Source: Candidatus Adlerbacteria bacterium GW2011_GWA1_54_10
GTDB lineage: Bacteria > Patescibacteriota > Minisyncoccia > Phycocordibacterales > SBAW01
Direction: 5' to 3'
Assembly (NCBI GenBank): GCA_001004665.1
Contig: LCRO01000006.1
Location: forward strand, 444-64,443
DNA length: 64,000 bases
A program made the position numbers and the translations under genes. Shown one piece after another: positions 32,025-42,369 of the stretch. The first letter of the stretch is position 1. Every line of letters begins with the position of its first letter. The notes under the pieces are model-generated. The model saw only the letters and a list, made by a program, of their open reading frames with translations. It ran no database searches and was not told the origin of the DNA.

Positions 32025-32585
32025 ATGACGGCATTTTATGTAACGGCGGCTCTTTTGGTGGTGCTCGTTATATGGGCAATAGCCGCATACAACAGCCTTG
32101 TTCGCATGGTCAACCGCGCCAAAGAGGCGTGGGCCGACATAGACGTCCAGCTCAAGCGTCGGTACGACCTTATTCCGAATTTGGTGGAGACGGTCAAGGG
32201 CTACATGCAGCACGAGCGCACAACGCTAGAGAAGGTAACATCCGCGCGCGTCGCCGCTATGGACGCGGGCGGGGTAGAGGCCAAGGGCAAGGCCGAGAAC
32301 ATGCTGACTGGCGCCCTTAAAAGTTTGTTCGCAGTCGCGGAGGCGTATCCGGACCTGAAGGCCAATCAAAATTTCCTTGAGTTGCAGCGCGAGCTTAGCG
32401 ACACTGAGAACAAGATCCAGTCGGCGCGGCGCTTCTACAACACCAATGTGCGTGACCTCAACACCAAAATACAGAGCTTCCCCAGCAATGTCATTGCGGG
32501 TATGTTCCGCTTCGAGCCCCGCGAATTCTTCGAGCTTGGCGGGAGCGAGGCGGCGGCGCGCGAGCCGGTCAAAGTTAGTTTTTGA
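32025..32585 (+). CDS. lemA: LemA family protein
   Basis: N-terminal TM helix, then YNSLV ... W.DIDVQLKRRYDLIPNLVETVKGY, typical of LemA. Confidence 0.85.
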   Translation: MTAFYVTAALLVVLVIWAIAAYNSLVRMVNRAKEAWADIDVQLKRRYDLIPNLVETVKGYMQHERTTLEKVTSARVAAMDAGGVEAKGKAENMLTGALKSLFAVAEAYPDLKANQNFLELQRELSDTENKIQSARRFYNTNVRDLNTKIQSFPSNVIAGMFRFEPREFFELGGSEAAAREPVKVSF

Positions 32586-32902
32586 TGATGAAAAAGAAAT
32601 CTGTAAAGAGAGGGCGAAAGGTTGTAACACTCGACAGTCTGGCTATTATGGTGCAAAAGGGATTTGTGGAGGCGCGCGATCAATTAGAAGAACATAAAGT
32701 TGAATTCAAACAATTCAAGGAATCTACTAACAAATCGCTTTTTAAACTTCATTCCCAAACGGCTGTTGTAAACCAGCGGCTCGGAAATATCGAGAAGGTT
32801 CTGGGTCCATGGGTGTATGTGATTGATGCGCTTAAAGTAAATTTCCGCGACCACGAACTCCGCATTGCGCGTCTTGAGCGCAACGCTGGTTTGAAGAAAT
32901 AG
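32582..32902 (+). CDS. hypothetical protein (106 aa, Lys-rich N-terminus, coiled-coil)
   Basis: ORF overlapping the lemA stop. No family recognised. Confidence 0.4.
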   Translation: MMMKKKSVKRGRKVVTLDSLAIMVQKGFVEARDQLEEHKVEFKQFKESTNKSLFKLHSQTAVVNQRLGNIEKVLGPWVYVIDALKVNFRDHELRIARLERNAGLKK

Positions 32903-32919
32903 ATGGCGGATACCGCTAG

Positions 32920-33810
32920 ATGGCATCCAATCTTTACACGCACCAGGACCAAAACATCGCCAAGACATGGCTCCTAATGGCCATGTTCGCGCTTGTCGCA
33001 ATAGGCATAGGCTGGGCGGTGTCGTGGTACTTCGACAGCCCCGGCGTGCTTGCGGTAGCTGTTATTTTTGCCGCCGCAATGAATGTCGCGAGCTACTGGT
33101 TTAGCGACAAAATAGTAGTGGCAGCAGCGCGTGCGCGGCCTGCCGACGAACGGCAATACGCCGACTTGCACAATATCATCGAGAATCTCTCGATAACCGC
33201 CGGCCTCCCCAAGCCGCGCGTATATATTATCGAGGACCCGGCGCCAAACGCCTTCGCCACGGGACGCAACGCAAAACATGCCGTCGTGGCGGTAACAACA
33301 GGACTACTACAAACGTTAGATAAAAACGAGCTTGAAGGCGTTATTGCCCACGAGCTCTCGCATGTCGGCAACAAGGACATGCTCGTCTCGACTGTTGTTG
33401 TCGTGTTGGTTGGAGTCGTAACCATTGTCTCGGATATATTTTTGCGGACGAGCATTTTCGGGCGAGGCAATAGGGAAGAGCGCGGCAATCCCATATTAGC
33501 CGTGATAGCCATCGCGTTTGTCGTACTCGCGCCTATTGTTGCGACACTTTTGCAACTTGCAATATCGCGCAAGCGCGAGTTTTTGGCCGACGCGTCCGGC
33601 GCGCTCCTTACGCGCTATCCGGAGGGGCTGGCTAATGCATTGCGCAAAATAAGCGGCTACAATGCTCCCATGCTCCACGCGAACACCGCAACGGCGCACC
33701 TTTACATTTCGAACCCGTTCGGCCCGCGCGCCGCGGCAGGCGGCCTCGCCAAGCTGTTTATGACCCACCCGCCGATAGAAGAAAGAATAAAGGCGCTCCT
33801 CGGCCAATAA
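32920..33810 (+). CDS. htpX: M48 family zinc metalloprotease HtpX
   Basis: HELSHV (HExxH), downstream E for the third ligand, four TM segments. Confidence 0.9.
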   Translation: MASNLYTHQDQNIAKTWLLMAMFALVAIGIGWAVSWYFDSPGVLAVAVIFAAAMNVASYWFSDKIVVAAARARPADERQYADLHNIIENLSITAGLPKPRVYIIEDPAPNAFATGRNAKHAVVAVTTGLLQTLDKNELEGVIAHELSHVGNKDMLVSTVVVVLVGVVTIVSDIFLRTSIFGRGNREERGNPILAVIAIAFVVLAPIVATLLQLAISRKREFLADASGALLTRYPEGLANALRKISGYNAPMLHANTATAHLYISNPFGPRAAAGGLAKLFMTHPPIEERIKALLGQ

Positions 33811-33832
33811 TTATGTTATATTTTCTGCGCAC

Positions 33833-33919
33833 GGAAGGGTGGCTGAGTGGTCGAAGGCACCGGTTTGGAGTACCGGCATGGGGGAAACCTCATCGGGAGT
33901 TCGAATCTCCCCCCTTCCG
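33833..33919 (+). tRNA. tRNA-Ser (GGA)
   Basis: Manual fold: acceptor GGAAGGG/CCCTTCC, anticodon stem CCGGU/ACCGG with loop UUGGAGU, long variable arm, T-loop TTCGAAT. Confidence 0.8.
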
Positions 33920-33921
33920 CA

Positions 33922-34185
33922 ATTTTTCGAAAAGGGTTTCCGAACCAAAAATATGGTCGGCGCGAAGCGCCGTCTGTTCTGCATTCCCCCCCGCCAAATC
34001 AGAAATGCATGGAGCGTTTTTCTTTCGGGGTTGCCGTCGTACTCGGCGGCGGGCGGGGCCTCGGTCGCACTGGCACGGAATCGGAGCGTACAGCGTCGTT
34101 TAGCGCCACCACGCGCTCGGCGCGCGCGAAGTCAGTCCTCCTCCGGATGCTCGCCAAAATAGGTTCGAATGTTGTACAGTAAAGA
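33922..34185. repeat. third diverged copy of the ~250-bp repeat arm family (same orientation as 1520-1790); contains a C7 tract (33996-34002)
   Basis: Shares blocks with the arms at 60-330 and 1520-1790, e.g. GCGAAGTCAGTC, CCACCACGCG and GATGCT.GC.AAAATAGGTTCGA. Directly follows tRNA-Ser. Confidence 0.65.
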
Positions 34186-34191
34186 CCGCAA

Positions 34192-34635
34192 ATGACGGTA
34201 GTCGCTCGATATCTGATAGTTTTAATACTTATGGCGGCGGTAATTGCGGCGGCTATTGTTTTCTCAAATTACCAGCAAGGTCGAATCTTGATTAGTATCG
34301 GCGGTGCAAAGGTTGAAGTGGAAATCGCGGATTCGACAGCGGAGCGTATACGGGGCCTCTCGGGCAGAGATCCGTTGCCCGAGGGCAAGGGAATGCTTTT
34401 TATTTTTGAGAGCGATGGCTATCACGGCATCTGGATGAGGGACATGCGCTTCGCGCTGGATATAGTTTGGGCCGATGCGAAAGGAAAAATAGTGACCGTT
34501 GCGCGCAATGTAGCGCCGGAAACTTATCCGAAAGTGTTCGAGCCTTCGGCGCTTGCGCGCTATGTTCTGGAAGTTCCCGCGGGATTTGCTAAGAGGAACA
34601 GCATTGCGGAGGGGGATAAAATTGTGCTAAAATAG
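34192..34635 (+). CDS. DUF192 domain protein
   Basis: TM anchor, then GLSGR ... GMLF ... W.D..F.LD..W.D..G.IV..., the DUF192 pattern. Confidence 0.75.
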   Translation: MTVVARYLIVLILMAAVIAAAIVFSNYQQGRILISIGGAKVEVEIADSTAERIRGLSGRDPLPEGKGMLFIFESDGYHGIWMRDMRFALDIVWADAKGKIVTVARNVAPETYPKVFEPSALARYVLEVPAGFAKRNSIAEGDKIVLK

Positions 34636-34998
34636 CGTCAGCGCGTCGAGTAGTAGCTCCGTGCCGAAAAGGTGCGGGGAGGAAAGTCCGAACACTCAGC
34701 CCAGTTTTACCGGGCAAAGGTAGTGGGTAACGCCCATCGTGCGCTCTCTGCGGGCGCAAGAGGTGCGAACAGAGACGAGTCCCGCCGCAAGGCGGGGGTG
34801 AAACGGCTAAATCCTTACCCGAGTGCAAGGCCGTGCCCGACACACTGCAAGTATGTCGGGAGTGCCGCTCGAGCCTTGCAGTAATGCAGGGCCCAGATAA
34901 ATTACTGCTTAGTCTCGCCGAAGCTTCAGCGAAGGCGGACCCGCCTCCGCCAGGGCTATGGCGCGGTAAAACAGAATTCGGCTTACAGACGCGCGCGC
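34636..34998 (+). ncRNA. rnpB: RNase P RNA (bacterial type A)
   Basis: P4 strands GGAGGAAAGTCCGAACAC (34676-) and ACAGAATTCGGCTTACAG (34971-), conserved AGGGCAGG-like and GGTAAACGCC-like blocks, P1 pairing GCGCGTC/GACGCGC. Boundaries are approximate. Confidence 0.8.
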
Positions 34999-35007
34999 AG
35001 AATATGT

Positions 35008-35033
35008 GAAGGCCCGGCCAACCGCCGGGCCTT
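35008..35033 (+). terminator. rho-independent terminator after rnpB
   Basis: GGCCCGGC-CAAC-CGCCGGGCC hairpin followed by TTTGCGTTT. Confidence 0.7.
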
Positions 35034-35148
35034 TGCGTTTGCAAATCCACAATTTTTTGAAGAGCGGCTGAAAAAAGTGGTATATTGGTAATAGGTTCCC
35101 TAATTAATAGAACAGGGGCATTGTGCCTCTGCAGTTATTGTAACGACT

Positions 35149-37458
35149 ATGAATTCTGTTTTAATATCGTGGTCTCGTCTCGTCTATCTGGCTGGACTGG
35201 TGCTTTGTCTCGTACTTGTCGTTCCTTTAGTATGGTTTCCCTTCGCGCTCGGAAAGACGGCTCTTTTCGCGCTCGCAATGCTCGCAGCTGCCATTCTTTT
35301 TGTTTCTGGCGGCGGAACCGCCGCGCTCTCTCGCTCGCGCGGGTTCTACATAGCCCTATTCGTCTGTCTTATACCGCTCGCATATTTGCTCTCTACGGCC
35401 TATTCCGTAAATCCAGCCGTCGCTTTTTTGGGTCAAGGAGTTGAGGTAGATACAATACTCTTCACGCTTTTGGCGTTTCTGGCCTTTATTTTATCCTTCG
35501 CGCTCTTTAGAACCTTAAGAACCGTTCGCATACTGCTCGCGACGCTTACGACGGCGCTCGTCGTCGCCGCCGCGTTCCAGTCCGCAAACATCTTTATCCC
35601 GTCCATGCCGCTCCAGTCCTTTGCCGACCAATCGGCGAATTTAATAGGCAAATGGAACGATCTCGGCATCCTGCTCGGGCTCTTGTTCCTGCTCCTTCTC
35701 TCGCGCCTCGAATTAATGAGTACGCCGCGGATTGGCGCGCGCCTGTTGTGGGCGGGACTTTCCGTTTTGACCGTCGTTCTGCTCGGGTTCGTCAACTTTG
35801 CCCTGGTGTGGTGGTTTATACTTGCAGGATCCGTCGTCATAGCCGCGACATCTTTGCTGGAGAGGCGCGGTACGGAAGCCTCTCTCCGATCAAATGGCGT
35901 GCCGTGGTTTGCCGCCGCGGGTGCAGCGCTCTCCATCGCCTTCCTCATATATGGCGGCGCCGTCAACGCAGCGCTCACGAGCTTTTTCCCGGTGTCCTCG
36001 CTTGAAGTACGGCCCTCGTACATCGCGACGCTCGAGATAGTTTCCACCGCGCGAGACGGCAAGATAAAGCCGCTCCTCATAGGTACTGGGCCGAGCACTT
36101 TTCTTCAAAATTGGCTCCTGCATAAACCCGCCGAGGTCAATCAGTCAGTCTTTTGGAATCTGGACTTCCTTGTCGGCTTTTCCACGCTGACTACCGCACT
36201 TCTCACGGTCGGCGTAATCGGGGTGCTCGCCTGGCTCGTGCCTATATCTCTCGTTTTGCTTGCGGCCGCCCGCGCCCTCCGGCAGAAATTCCTGACCAGG
36301 GAGGATATCGGAGAGGCCACAAGTATTGTGCTCTCGAGCTCGTTCCTTTTTGCGGTGCTTCTTTTGTACGTGCCGAGCCCCAATATCGTGCTGGCGGCCT
36401 TTATCTCGGCCGGCGCGGCGTTCGGCTTTTTGTGGCGTCAGGGCCGGCCGCGCGAGGAGGCCGCAAATACGGGTTTTAACCGGCTCGCGGCCGCCGCGGT
36501 CGCGGTCTTGCTTGTCGCGCTCTCGATTGTTCCGGCTATATTCGGAGCCAAGCGCCTTGCGTCGAATGCATTCATTGCATACGGCCAGGCGGCTCTCGCG
36601 CAGGGCGACGAGGACTCGGCGCTTGCCGCGTCGGCTCGCGCCGCAATATTCGAGGAGACCAGCGACTCGCTCATGCTGAAGACTGGCGCTGGTATGGAAA
36701 AGCTCGTTTCTATCGCCGCCACAGTGGGAGAGCCGACGGATGATGTCCGCCGACAGTTTACCTCTCTCGTTCAGGAAAGCATCGCGGCGGGGCAGAGGGC
36801 CCACGACCAAAATCCGGCCGACTATCGTCCGGATGTGGCGCTCGGGAAAATTTATGACTTTCTTGCCGGTCTCCGCGTTCAGGGCGCGGAGGATAGCGCC
36901 CGCGCCGCTTACGACGCAGCCGCAGAGCGCAACCCGACCAATCCGCAGATACCGCTCTTGCGCGCGGTCTTTGAAGCGCGCGCGGGCAATATGCAGCAGG
37001 CGCAAGTTTTTGTCTCGCAAGCATTGACGCAAAAGTCCAACTACACCGATGCGATGCTGTTCGTCGTGCAGACCGCGGCTGCAAGCAACGACATGCCTAC
37101 GGCCACGCGCGCCGCGCAGGCGGCGGCGCAAACAGCGCCCGGGGTCCCGTCAATCTGGTTCCAGCTGGGGCTCCTGTATTACTCGCAGGGGATGATGAGC
37201 GAGTCCATTACTTCGCTCCGGCAGGCGATCTCGCTCGCGCCCGACTATGCCAACGCGAAGTATTTCCTCGGCCTCGCGCTTGCGGCGGAGGGGCAGAATG
37301 AAGAGGCGTTGAATCTTTTTGCAGACCTGCAAAAAGGCAATCCCGATAACGAGGAGGTGCTGTCAATAATAAATAACCTACAGCAAGGAAATGAGCCGTT
37401 CGCAGGCGTAAAAGATGAAAAACCGGAGCAGCGCGCAACTGCGCCGATAGCGGAGTAA
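35149..37458 (+). CDS. polytopic membrane protein (O-antigen ligase/Wzy_C-like, putative) with C-terminal TPR repeats
   Basis: About 12 TM helices in the first 430 aa. C-terminal ~300 aa has TPR-like repeats (YANAKYFLGLALAAEGQNEEAL...). Confidence 0.5.
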   Translation: MNSVLISWSRLVYLAGLVLCLVLVVPLVWFPFALGKTALFALAMLAAAILFVSGGGTAALSRSRGFYIALFVCLIPLAYLLSTAYSVNPAVAFLGQGVEVDTILFTLLAFLAFILSFALFRTLRTVRILLATLTTALVVAAAFQSANIFIPSMPLQSFADQSANLIGKWNDLGILLGLLFLLLLSRLELMSTPRIGARLLWAGLSVLTVVLLGFVNFALVWWFILAGSVVIAATSLLERRGTEASLRSNGVPWFAAAGAALSIAFLIYGGAVNAALTSFFPVSSLEVRPSYIATLEIVSTARDGKIKPLLIGTGPSTFLQNWLLHKPAEVNQSVFWNLDFLVGFSTLTTALLTVGVIGVLAWLVPISLVLLAAARALRQKFLTREDIGEATSIVLSSSFLFAVLLLYVPSPNIVLAAFISAGAAFGFLWRQGRPREEAANTGFNRLAAAAVAVLLVALSIVPAIFGAKRLASNAFIAYGQAALAQGDEDSALAASARAAIFEETSDSLMLKTGAGMEKLVSIAATVGEPTDDVRRQFTSLVQESIAAGQRAHDQNPADYRPDVALGKIYDFLAGLRVQGAEDSARAAYDAAAERNPTNPQIPLLRAVFEARAGNMQQAQVFVSQALTQKSNYTDAMLFVVQTAAASNDMPTATRAAQAAAQTAPGVPSIWFQLGLLYYSQGMMSESITSLRQAISLAPDYANAKYFLGLALAAEGQNEEALNLFADLQKGNPDNEEVLSIINNLQQGNEPFAGVKDEKPEQRATAPIAE

Positions 37459-37468
37459 TATATGTTCT

Positions 37469-39019
37469 ATGAGTCCCAAAGAAGCAGCCTCTAGCGGGGT
37501 GGGGCTTTTTGCGCGCCTCGCGGCTCCGGTGCGTGGCCTGCATCAGGCTGCGTACCTGCTTGCGCTCTTTGCACTGCTTTCTCAAATACTCGCGCTGGTG
37601 CGCGATCGCCTGCTTGCGGGATCCTTCGGCGCGTCGGAAACTCTTGACCTGTACTTTGCAGCCTTCCGCCTTCCGGATCTCCTGTTCGCCTCCATTGCGT
37701 CTTTGCTCTCGCTCTACGCGCTGATGCCCGCGCTCTCGCGGCTCGAGAGTGAAAGCGAGGGCTACGCGGCGTCTTTTTTACGCCGGAGCCTACTTGTTTT
37801 CTTTGCCGCGATGGCGGCCGCAAGCGCCGTCGCTTTTGTTTTTGCACCGGAGCTGGTTGCGCTCATAGCTCCCGGCATCGCGGGCCCCCACGCCAATGAC
37901 GTTGGCGTGGGGGCCGGAGAAAAACTTGTGTCACTCACCCGCATTCTACTGCTCCAGCCGATACTGCTCGGCGCATCCAACATTGTCGCGGCGCTGACAC
38001 AGTTTAGACACCGCTTCGTGCTCTATGCTCTCTCGCCTCTGCTTTATAACCTCGGGATCATATTCGGACTTGTTTTCCTTTATCCGGCCTTGGGGCTTAC
38101 GGGACTTGGGATCGGGGTAGTGATGGGCGCCGCTCTGCACCTTTGCGTACAGCTGCCGTTTTTTGCAGGCGAGCGCGGCAGGGCATTGCCCTGGAAAAAG
38201 GCTGGAGGGGAGCTTGCTGGGGCTCTTGCGCTGTCTGTTCCGCGCACGCTCACGCTCATGGGCGGACAATTTGCACTGCTTGTGCTTACTGCGCTGGCTT
38301 CGCTTGCGGAGAGGGGCTCCATTGCGGTTTTTACGTTCGGGTTCAACCTGCTTGGCGTGCCGCTTGCGATTATCGGCGTTTCATATTCGGTGGCGGCATT
38401 TCCTACACTGTCGAATCTGCACGCCAGTGGCCGGCGTACTGAATTTCTGCAGCACATAAGCACGGCTCTGCGGCACATCCTGTTTTGGACGATACCCGCG
38501 ACGGTTTTCATCATTGTTCTTCGCGCCCAGCTCGTACGCGTCATTTTGGGCTCGGGCGCTTTCGATTGGGATGCAACGCGGCTTGTCGCCGCGTCACTCG
38601 CGCTCTTTGCGCTGGCTCTCGCCGCACAGTCAATAACACTGCTTGCCGTGCGTGCATATTATGCCGCCGGGCAGACGGCGCGCCCGCTGATTTTCTCCGC
38701 CGTGTCGGTCGCGGCGACCGCCGCCTTCGCGATGCTCCTTTCGATGCTCTTTGGAGCGAGTCATTTCATGCGCGACTTTTTGGAATCTATTTTGAGGGTT
38801 CCCGATATCCCCGGAACCGAAGTCCTGATGCTCCCGCTCGCTTATGCGCTCGGCGCAATTTTGCAGGCGGCTCTTCTGCTTTATTTTTTCGCGCGCGATT
38901 TTGCGCTCCCGCTCCGGCCGCTGTCGCGGCTTTCCCTGCAGAGTTTCAGCGCCGCCGTACTCTTTTGGGTCTTGTGGCGACGACTATTGTGCTTGTCGCC
39001 ATGCGCAATAATGAAATAG
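37469..39019 (+). CDS. murJ: lipid II flippase MurJ (MviN family)
   Basis: N-terminal MurJ signature (LSQILALVRDRLLAGSFGASETLDLYFAAFRLPDLL) and 14-TM topology. The extreme 3' end may continue in the overlapping frame 38485-39093 (not resolved). Confidence 0.8.
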   Translation: MSPKEAASSGVGLFARLAAPVRGLHQAAYLLALFALLSQILALVRDRLLAGSFGASETLDLYFAAFRLPDLLFASIASLLSLYALMPALSRLESESEGYAASFLRRSLLVFFAAMAAASAVAFVFAPELVALIAPGIAGPHANDVGVGAGEKLVSLTRILLLQPILLGASNIVAALTQFRHRFVLYALSPLLYNLGIIFGLVFLYPALGLTGLGIGVVMGAALHLCVQLPFFAGERGRALPWKKAGGELAGALALSVPRTLTLMGGQFALLVLTALASLAERGSIAVFTFGFNLLGVPLAIIGVSYSVAAFPTLSNLHASGRRTEFLQHISTALRHILFWTIPATVFIIVLRAQLVRVILGSGAFDWDATRLVAASLALFALALAAQSITLLAVRAYYAAGQTARPLIFSAVSVAATAAFAMLLSMLFGASHFMRDFLESILRVPDIPGTEVLMLPLAYALGAILQAALLLYFFARDFALPLRPLSRLSLQSFSAAVLFWVLWRRLLCLSPCAIMK

Positions 39020-39111
39020 CGGAAGTTTGGAGCGCTCTCCATGGGCGGCTCGTAAAGGGACCGCCGGCGCTCGAGTCGACCGAAGTTTCATAACGTGATA
39101 CCAATATACGA

Positions 39112-40960
39112 ATGCAAAATGATATATATGTCCGCAACTTCAGCATCATAAGTCATGTTGATCATGGCAAATCGACCCTTGCCGACCGGCTTCTTGAGCT
39201 TACGGGCACCATAGAGAAGCGCAAAATGCGCGAACAGGTTCTCGACTCGATGGAGCTCGAACGCGAGCGCGGCATTACGATAAAAATGCAGCCGGTGCGC
39301 ATGCGGTATGAGGAGTATGTGCTGAATCTTATAGATACACCAGGGCATGTAGATTTTTCCTACGAAGTTTCCCGCGCGCTTTCCGCCGTCGAGGGCGCAC
39401 TGCTCTTGGTGGACGCTACGGAGGGCGTGCAGGCGCAGACACTCTCGGTTTTGCGCTTAGCGCAGGCTCAAGGACTCGCCATCGTTCCGGCCATCTCCAA
39501 AATAGATTCGCCGCTGGCGAAAATTGATGACGTAAGGCGCCAAGTGGCAAAACTGCTCGCGATTATGGAAGAGGAAATTTTATTATGCTCAGGCAAAACC
39601 GGGGAGGGAGTTGAAAGCGTGCTTAAGGCAATAGTCGAAAGAATTCCGGCTCCAAAACCTGCCTCGGCAAAACCAGCAAATTCCGGGTACGGCGATTGCC
39701 TCGCCGTCGCTCGGCAAACCCCCTCCATTTGCTGTTTTGCCTCTGCAGGCTCTCATATTCGACTTTCAGTATTCCGACCATCAGGGCGTAATAGTGTACT
39801 TGCGTGTCTTTGGCGGCAACATCAAAAAAGGCGACACACTGGAGTTTGCGATGAGCGGTCGCGCATTTTCCGCACTTGAGGTGGGAATATTTGCTCCTGC
39901 TCCGCAACCTGTCAGCGAGCTCTCTGCCGGTTCTATAGGCTATGTAGTGACTGGTATCAAGGAAGCTGGTTTCGCACGCGTGGGCGACACTATACGGCAA
40001 AAAGGCTCCAAGACGTCAATTCTGCCCGGTTATGCCGAGCCGCACCCCGTTGTCTGGGCAAGCTTGTATCCCGAAAGCCAGGATAACTTTACCGCCCTGC
40101 GGCAGGCCCTTATGCGCCTAAGGCTTAGCGACTCGGCGCTGTCGTTCGAGGAGGAGTCCTCGGGCATTCTCGGCCGCGGATTCCGGTGCGGCCTCCTCGG
40201 CATGCTTCATCTTGAGATAGTTACCGAACGTCTGCGGCGCGAATTTAATTTAAGGCTTATCGTAACCATGCCGACCGTGCATTATGAGGTCGAGCTTAAA
40301 AACGGTAAACGCATTACGATATACTCGCCCGCGCTCTTTCCGGAGCATGGAGATGTTCAAAAAGTGTATGAGCCTTACGTGGAAGCTGAAATCATTTTGC
40401 CCGCCGAATATCTTGGCGCACTCACTACTTTGCTGTACGAGCATGAGACAAAGGCCGCATCAACCGACACCTTCAGCGAGGGTCGGATGATAATAAAGGC
40501 AATAATGCCCCTGCGGGAGCTTATGCGTAATTTCTTTGACAAAGTTAAGAGCATTTCACAGGGATATGCGTCTGTGGCATGGGAGATGCGCGACCTGCGC
40601 GAGGCGCAAGTTACCAAGCTCGACATATTGATTGCGGACGAGAGCATACCGGCTTTCGCCCGTATAGTCTCCGAGCATCGCGCGCAAGGCGAGGCGGTAA
40701 GCGCCGTGGAGAAGCTCTATAAAATTTTGCCGCGCCAGCTATTTGCGGCAAAAATACAAGGCAAGGCTCTGGGGCGCATACTGTCATCGCGCACCCTGCC
40801 GCCCCTGCGGAAGGACGTTACCGGGTACCTCTATGGCGGCGACAGGACCCGCAAAATGAAGCTCTGGGCAAAGCAAAAACGCGGCAAGGAAAAGCTAAAA
40901 GAGCGCGGGAAAGTGAATATCCCAGAAGAAGTGTTCTATAAAATGATCAAGAGCGAATAG
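39112..40960 (+). CDS. lepA: elongation factor 4 (LepA), +1 frameshift between ~39665 and ~39736
   Basis: ORF 39112-39879 holds the LepA G-domain ([15 protein letters not shown] ... DTPGHVDF ... IVERIPAPK), then loses similarity. ORF 39737-40960 resumes with [13 protein letters not shown] ... through the LepA C-terminal domain. A C5 run sits at 39717-39721. Confidence 0.85.
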
Positions 40961-41083
40961 CCCTTAGAAAAGATAGATAAAATAGGAGAATATCAGCGAC
41001 ACTATCATAAGAACGGCCACGACGCCGAATGCCTTTGTTATACGCTCCCTGTTCTTTCCAAACATGAAGGTATACTAGCAAAT

Positions 41084-41467
41084 ATGCAGGAGTTTCGCCA
41101 GCGCCGCGCGAACAAGGCAAGCGTGCCCCGAGTGCTTATGCGCATGGCCGGTGCCGCGCTCCTGCTTTTTTTGACTTTTACCGCGGCGCGCGCGACGTAC
41201 GGCATGTACGGGAGATTCAGCGGCGCAAGCTCGCACAACGCGGCCTCAACCGCAAAACAGAGCGAGCTCGAAAGTGAGCTCGCGCGGCTTAAAGACAGTG
41301 TCGGGGAGTTGCAAAGCGAGCGCGGGGTCGAGGAGGCCTTGCGCGAGCGCTACGGGCTTGCGAGGCCGGGCGAGGGCGAGATACGTATAGTACGGCAGGC
41401 GCCGCTTCGGGGTGGCGAGGAGCCCGGTTTCCTCGAGCGCGTTTGGAACAGGTTGTTCGTATGGTAA
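41084..41467 (+). CDS. ftsB: septum formation initiator (FtsB/DivIC-like)
   Basis: N-terminal TM anchor followed by a coiled-coil (ELESELARLKDSVGELQSERGVEEALRERYGL). Confidence 0.65.
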   Translation: MQEFRQRRANKASVPRVLMRMAGAALLLFLTFTAARATYGMYGRFSGASSHNAASTAKQSELESELARLKDSVGELQSERGVEEALRERYGLARPGEGEIRIVRQAPLRGGEEPGFLERVWNRLFVW

Positions 41468-41489
41468 AATCTTTTTCGCGAGCGCGAAA

Positions 41490-41563
41490 GCGGGATTAGT
41501 TTAATGGCAGAACTTCTGCTTCCCAAGCAGGTGGCGCGAGTTCGATTCTCGCATCCCGCACCA
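41490..41563 (+). tRNA. tRNA-Gly (CCC), CCA encoded
   Basis: Manual fold: acceptor GCGGGAT/ATCCCGC, anticodon stem UCUGC/GCAGG with loop UUCCCAA, T-loop GTTCGATTC, 3' ACCA. Confidence 0.8.
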
Positions 41564-41597
41564 ATACAGAACTCAACGGCTTTTTCAAAGCCAAAAG

Positions 41598-41630
41598 GTG
41601 GGACGCGCGAAGCGCGTCCCACTGATTTTC
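41598..41630 (+). terminator. hairpin terminator after tRNA-Gly; first of four hairpins in 41598-41850
   Basis: GGGACGCGC-GAA-GCGCGTCCC followed by ACTGATTTTCCCCC. Confidence 0.55.
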
Positions 41631-42369
41631 CCCCATTTTTCCAAACGAATTCAGAATTTTTGGCGCGCTTGCGCGCACCTGTTTTTCGCCGAGGAGGAGG
41701 TTCGAGCCAAAGATTTCTTTGGCACAGACCTTTTTCGCAAAAAGGTCTGAATCAGAAGCGGATATAGATGAGATTGGCCGGATGCTCGGCGGCTGGATCC
41801 GTTCAAGCAAGGAGCGATAAGGGAAGCGCCCGCACAAGGGCGGGCGCTTCCGTGGATAGTGGGATAACTGCCGAGCGGCACCGGAACCCACGTCGTCGAC
41901 GCGGTAGCCGTAACAGTAGCTGACGCTGAGCCCGACCTCGTCGAAGCTGCCGACTACCGACGGGTACTCGCCCGAGCACTTATCGGTCTTGATCGTCGTC
42001 TCGGCGCAGTGGGCCCACTTCGAGCCGTTGGGACGCTTGCCGGTCTTGCGGAAGACGAATTGGTTTTTCGTGGTCTCGGCGACCGTCGTCGCCAACCCGT
42101 ACTCCGGCGGGAGCATCTTCACGTGTTCGTCGGGCAACTTGCCCGTCGAGCCTGGGACGATTTCGATGCGCAGCAGATGCCAGCGCGGCGCAAGCGTTGT
42201 CACGTGGACATGCGGCTGGCCGTCGTGCCACGAAGTCGGGTAGAAATTCGGCGATCTCGAACAGCGAGTTGCCGAACACGAGGCGAGCGATGCGCGTGTC
42301 CGTTTTAGGCAGATGGAACCAGCCGTTTGTCCCATTTCCGAACGAAAAGCGAACACTCAAAATACCCTG

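Noticed and set aside
40968-41069. 33-aa minus-strand hydrophobic mini-ORF (MFGKNRERITKAFGVVAVLMIVSLIFSYFIYLF).
   Set aside because: It is too short, with no supporting signal. It could be real, but it cannot be supported from sequence alone.
41496-42356. 286-aa minus-strand ORF treated as one gene.
   Set aside because: Its 3' part is antisense to tRNA-Gly and crosses four terminator-like hairpins. Only the GC-rich middle has coding character, so it is treated as a gene fragment inside the finding.
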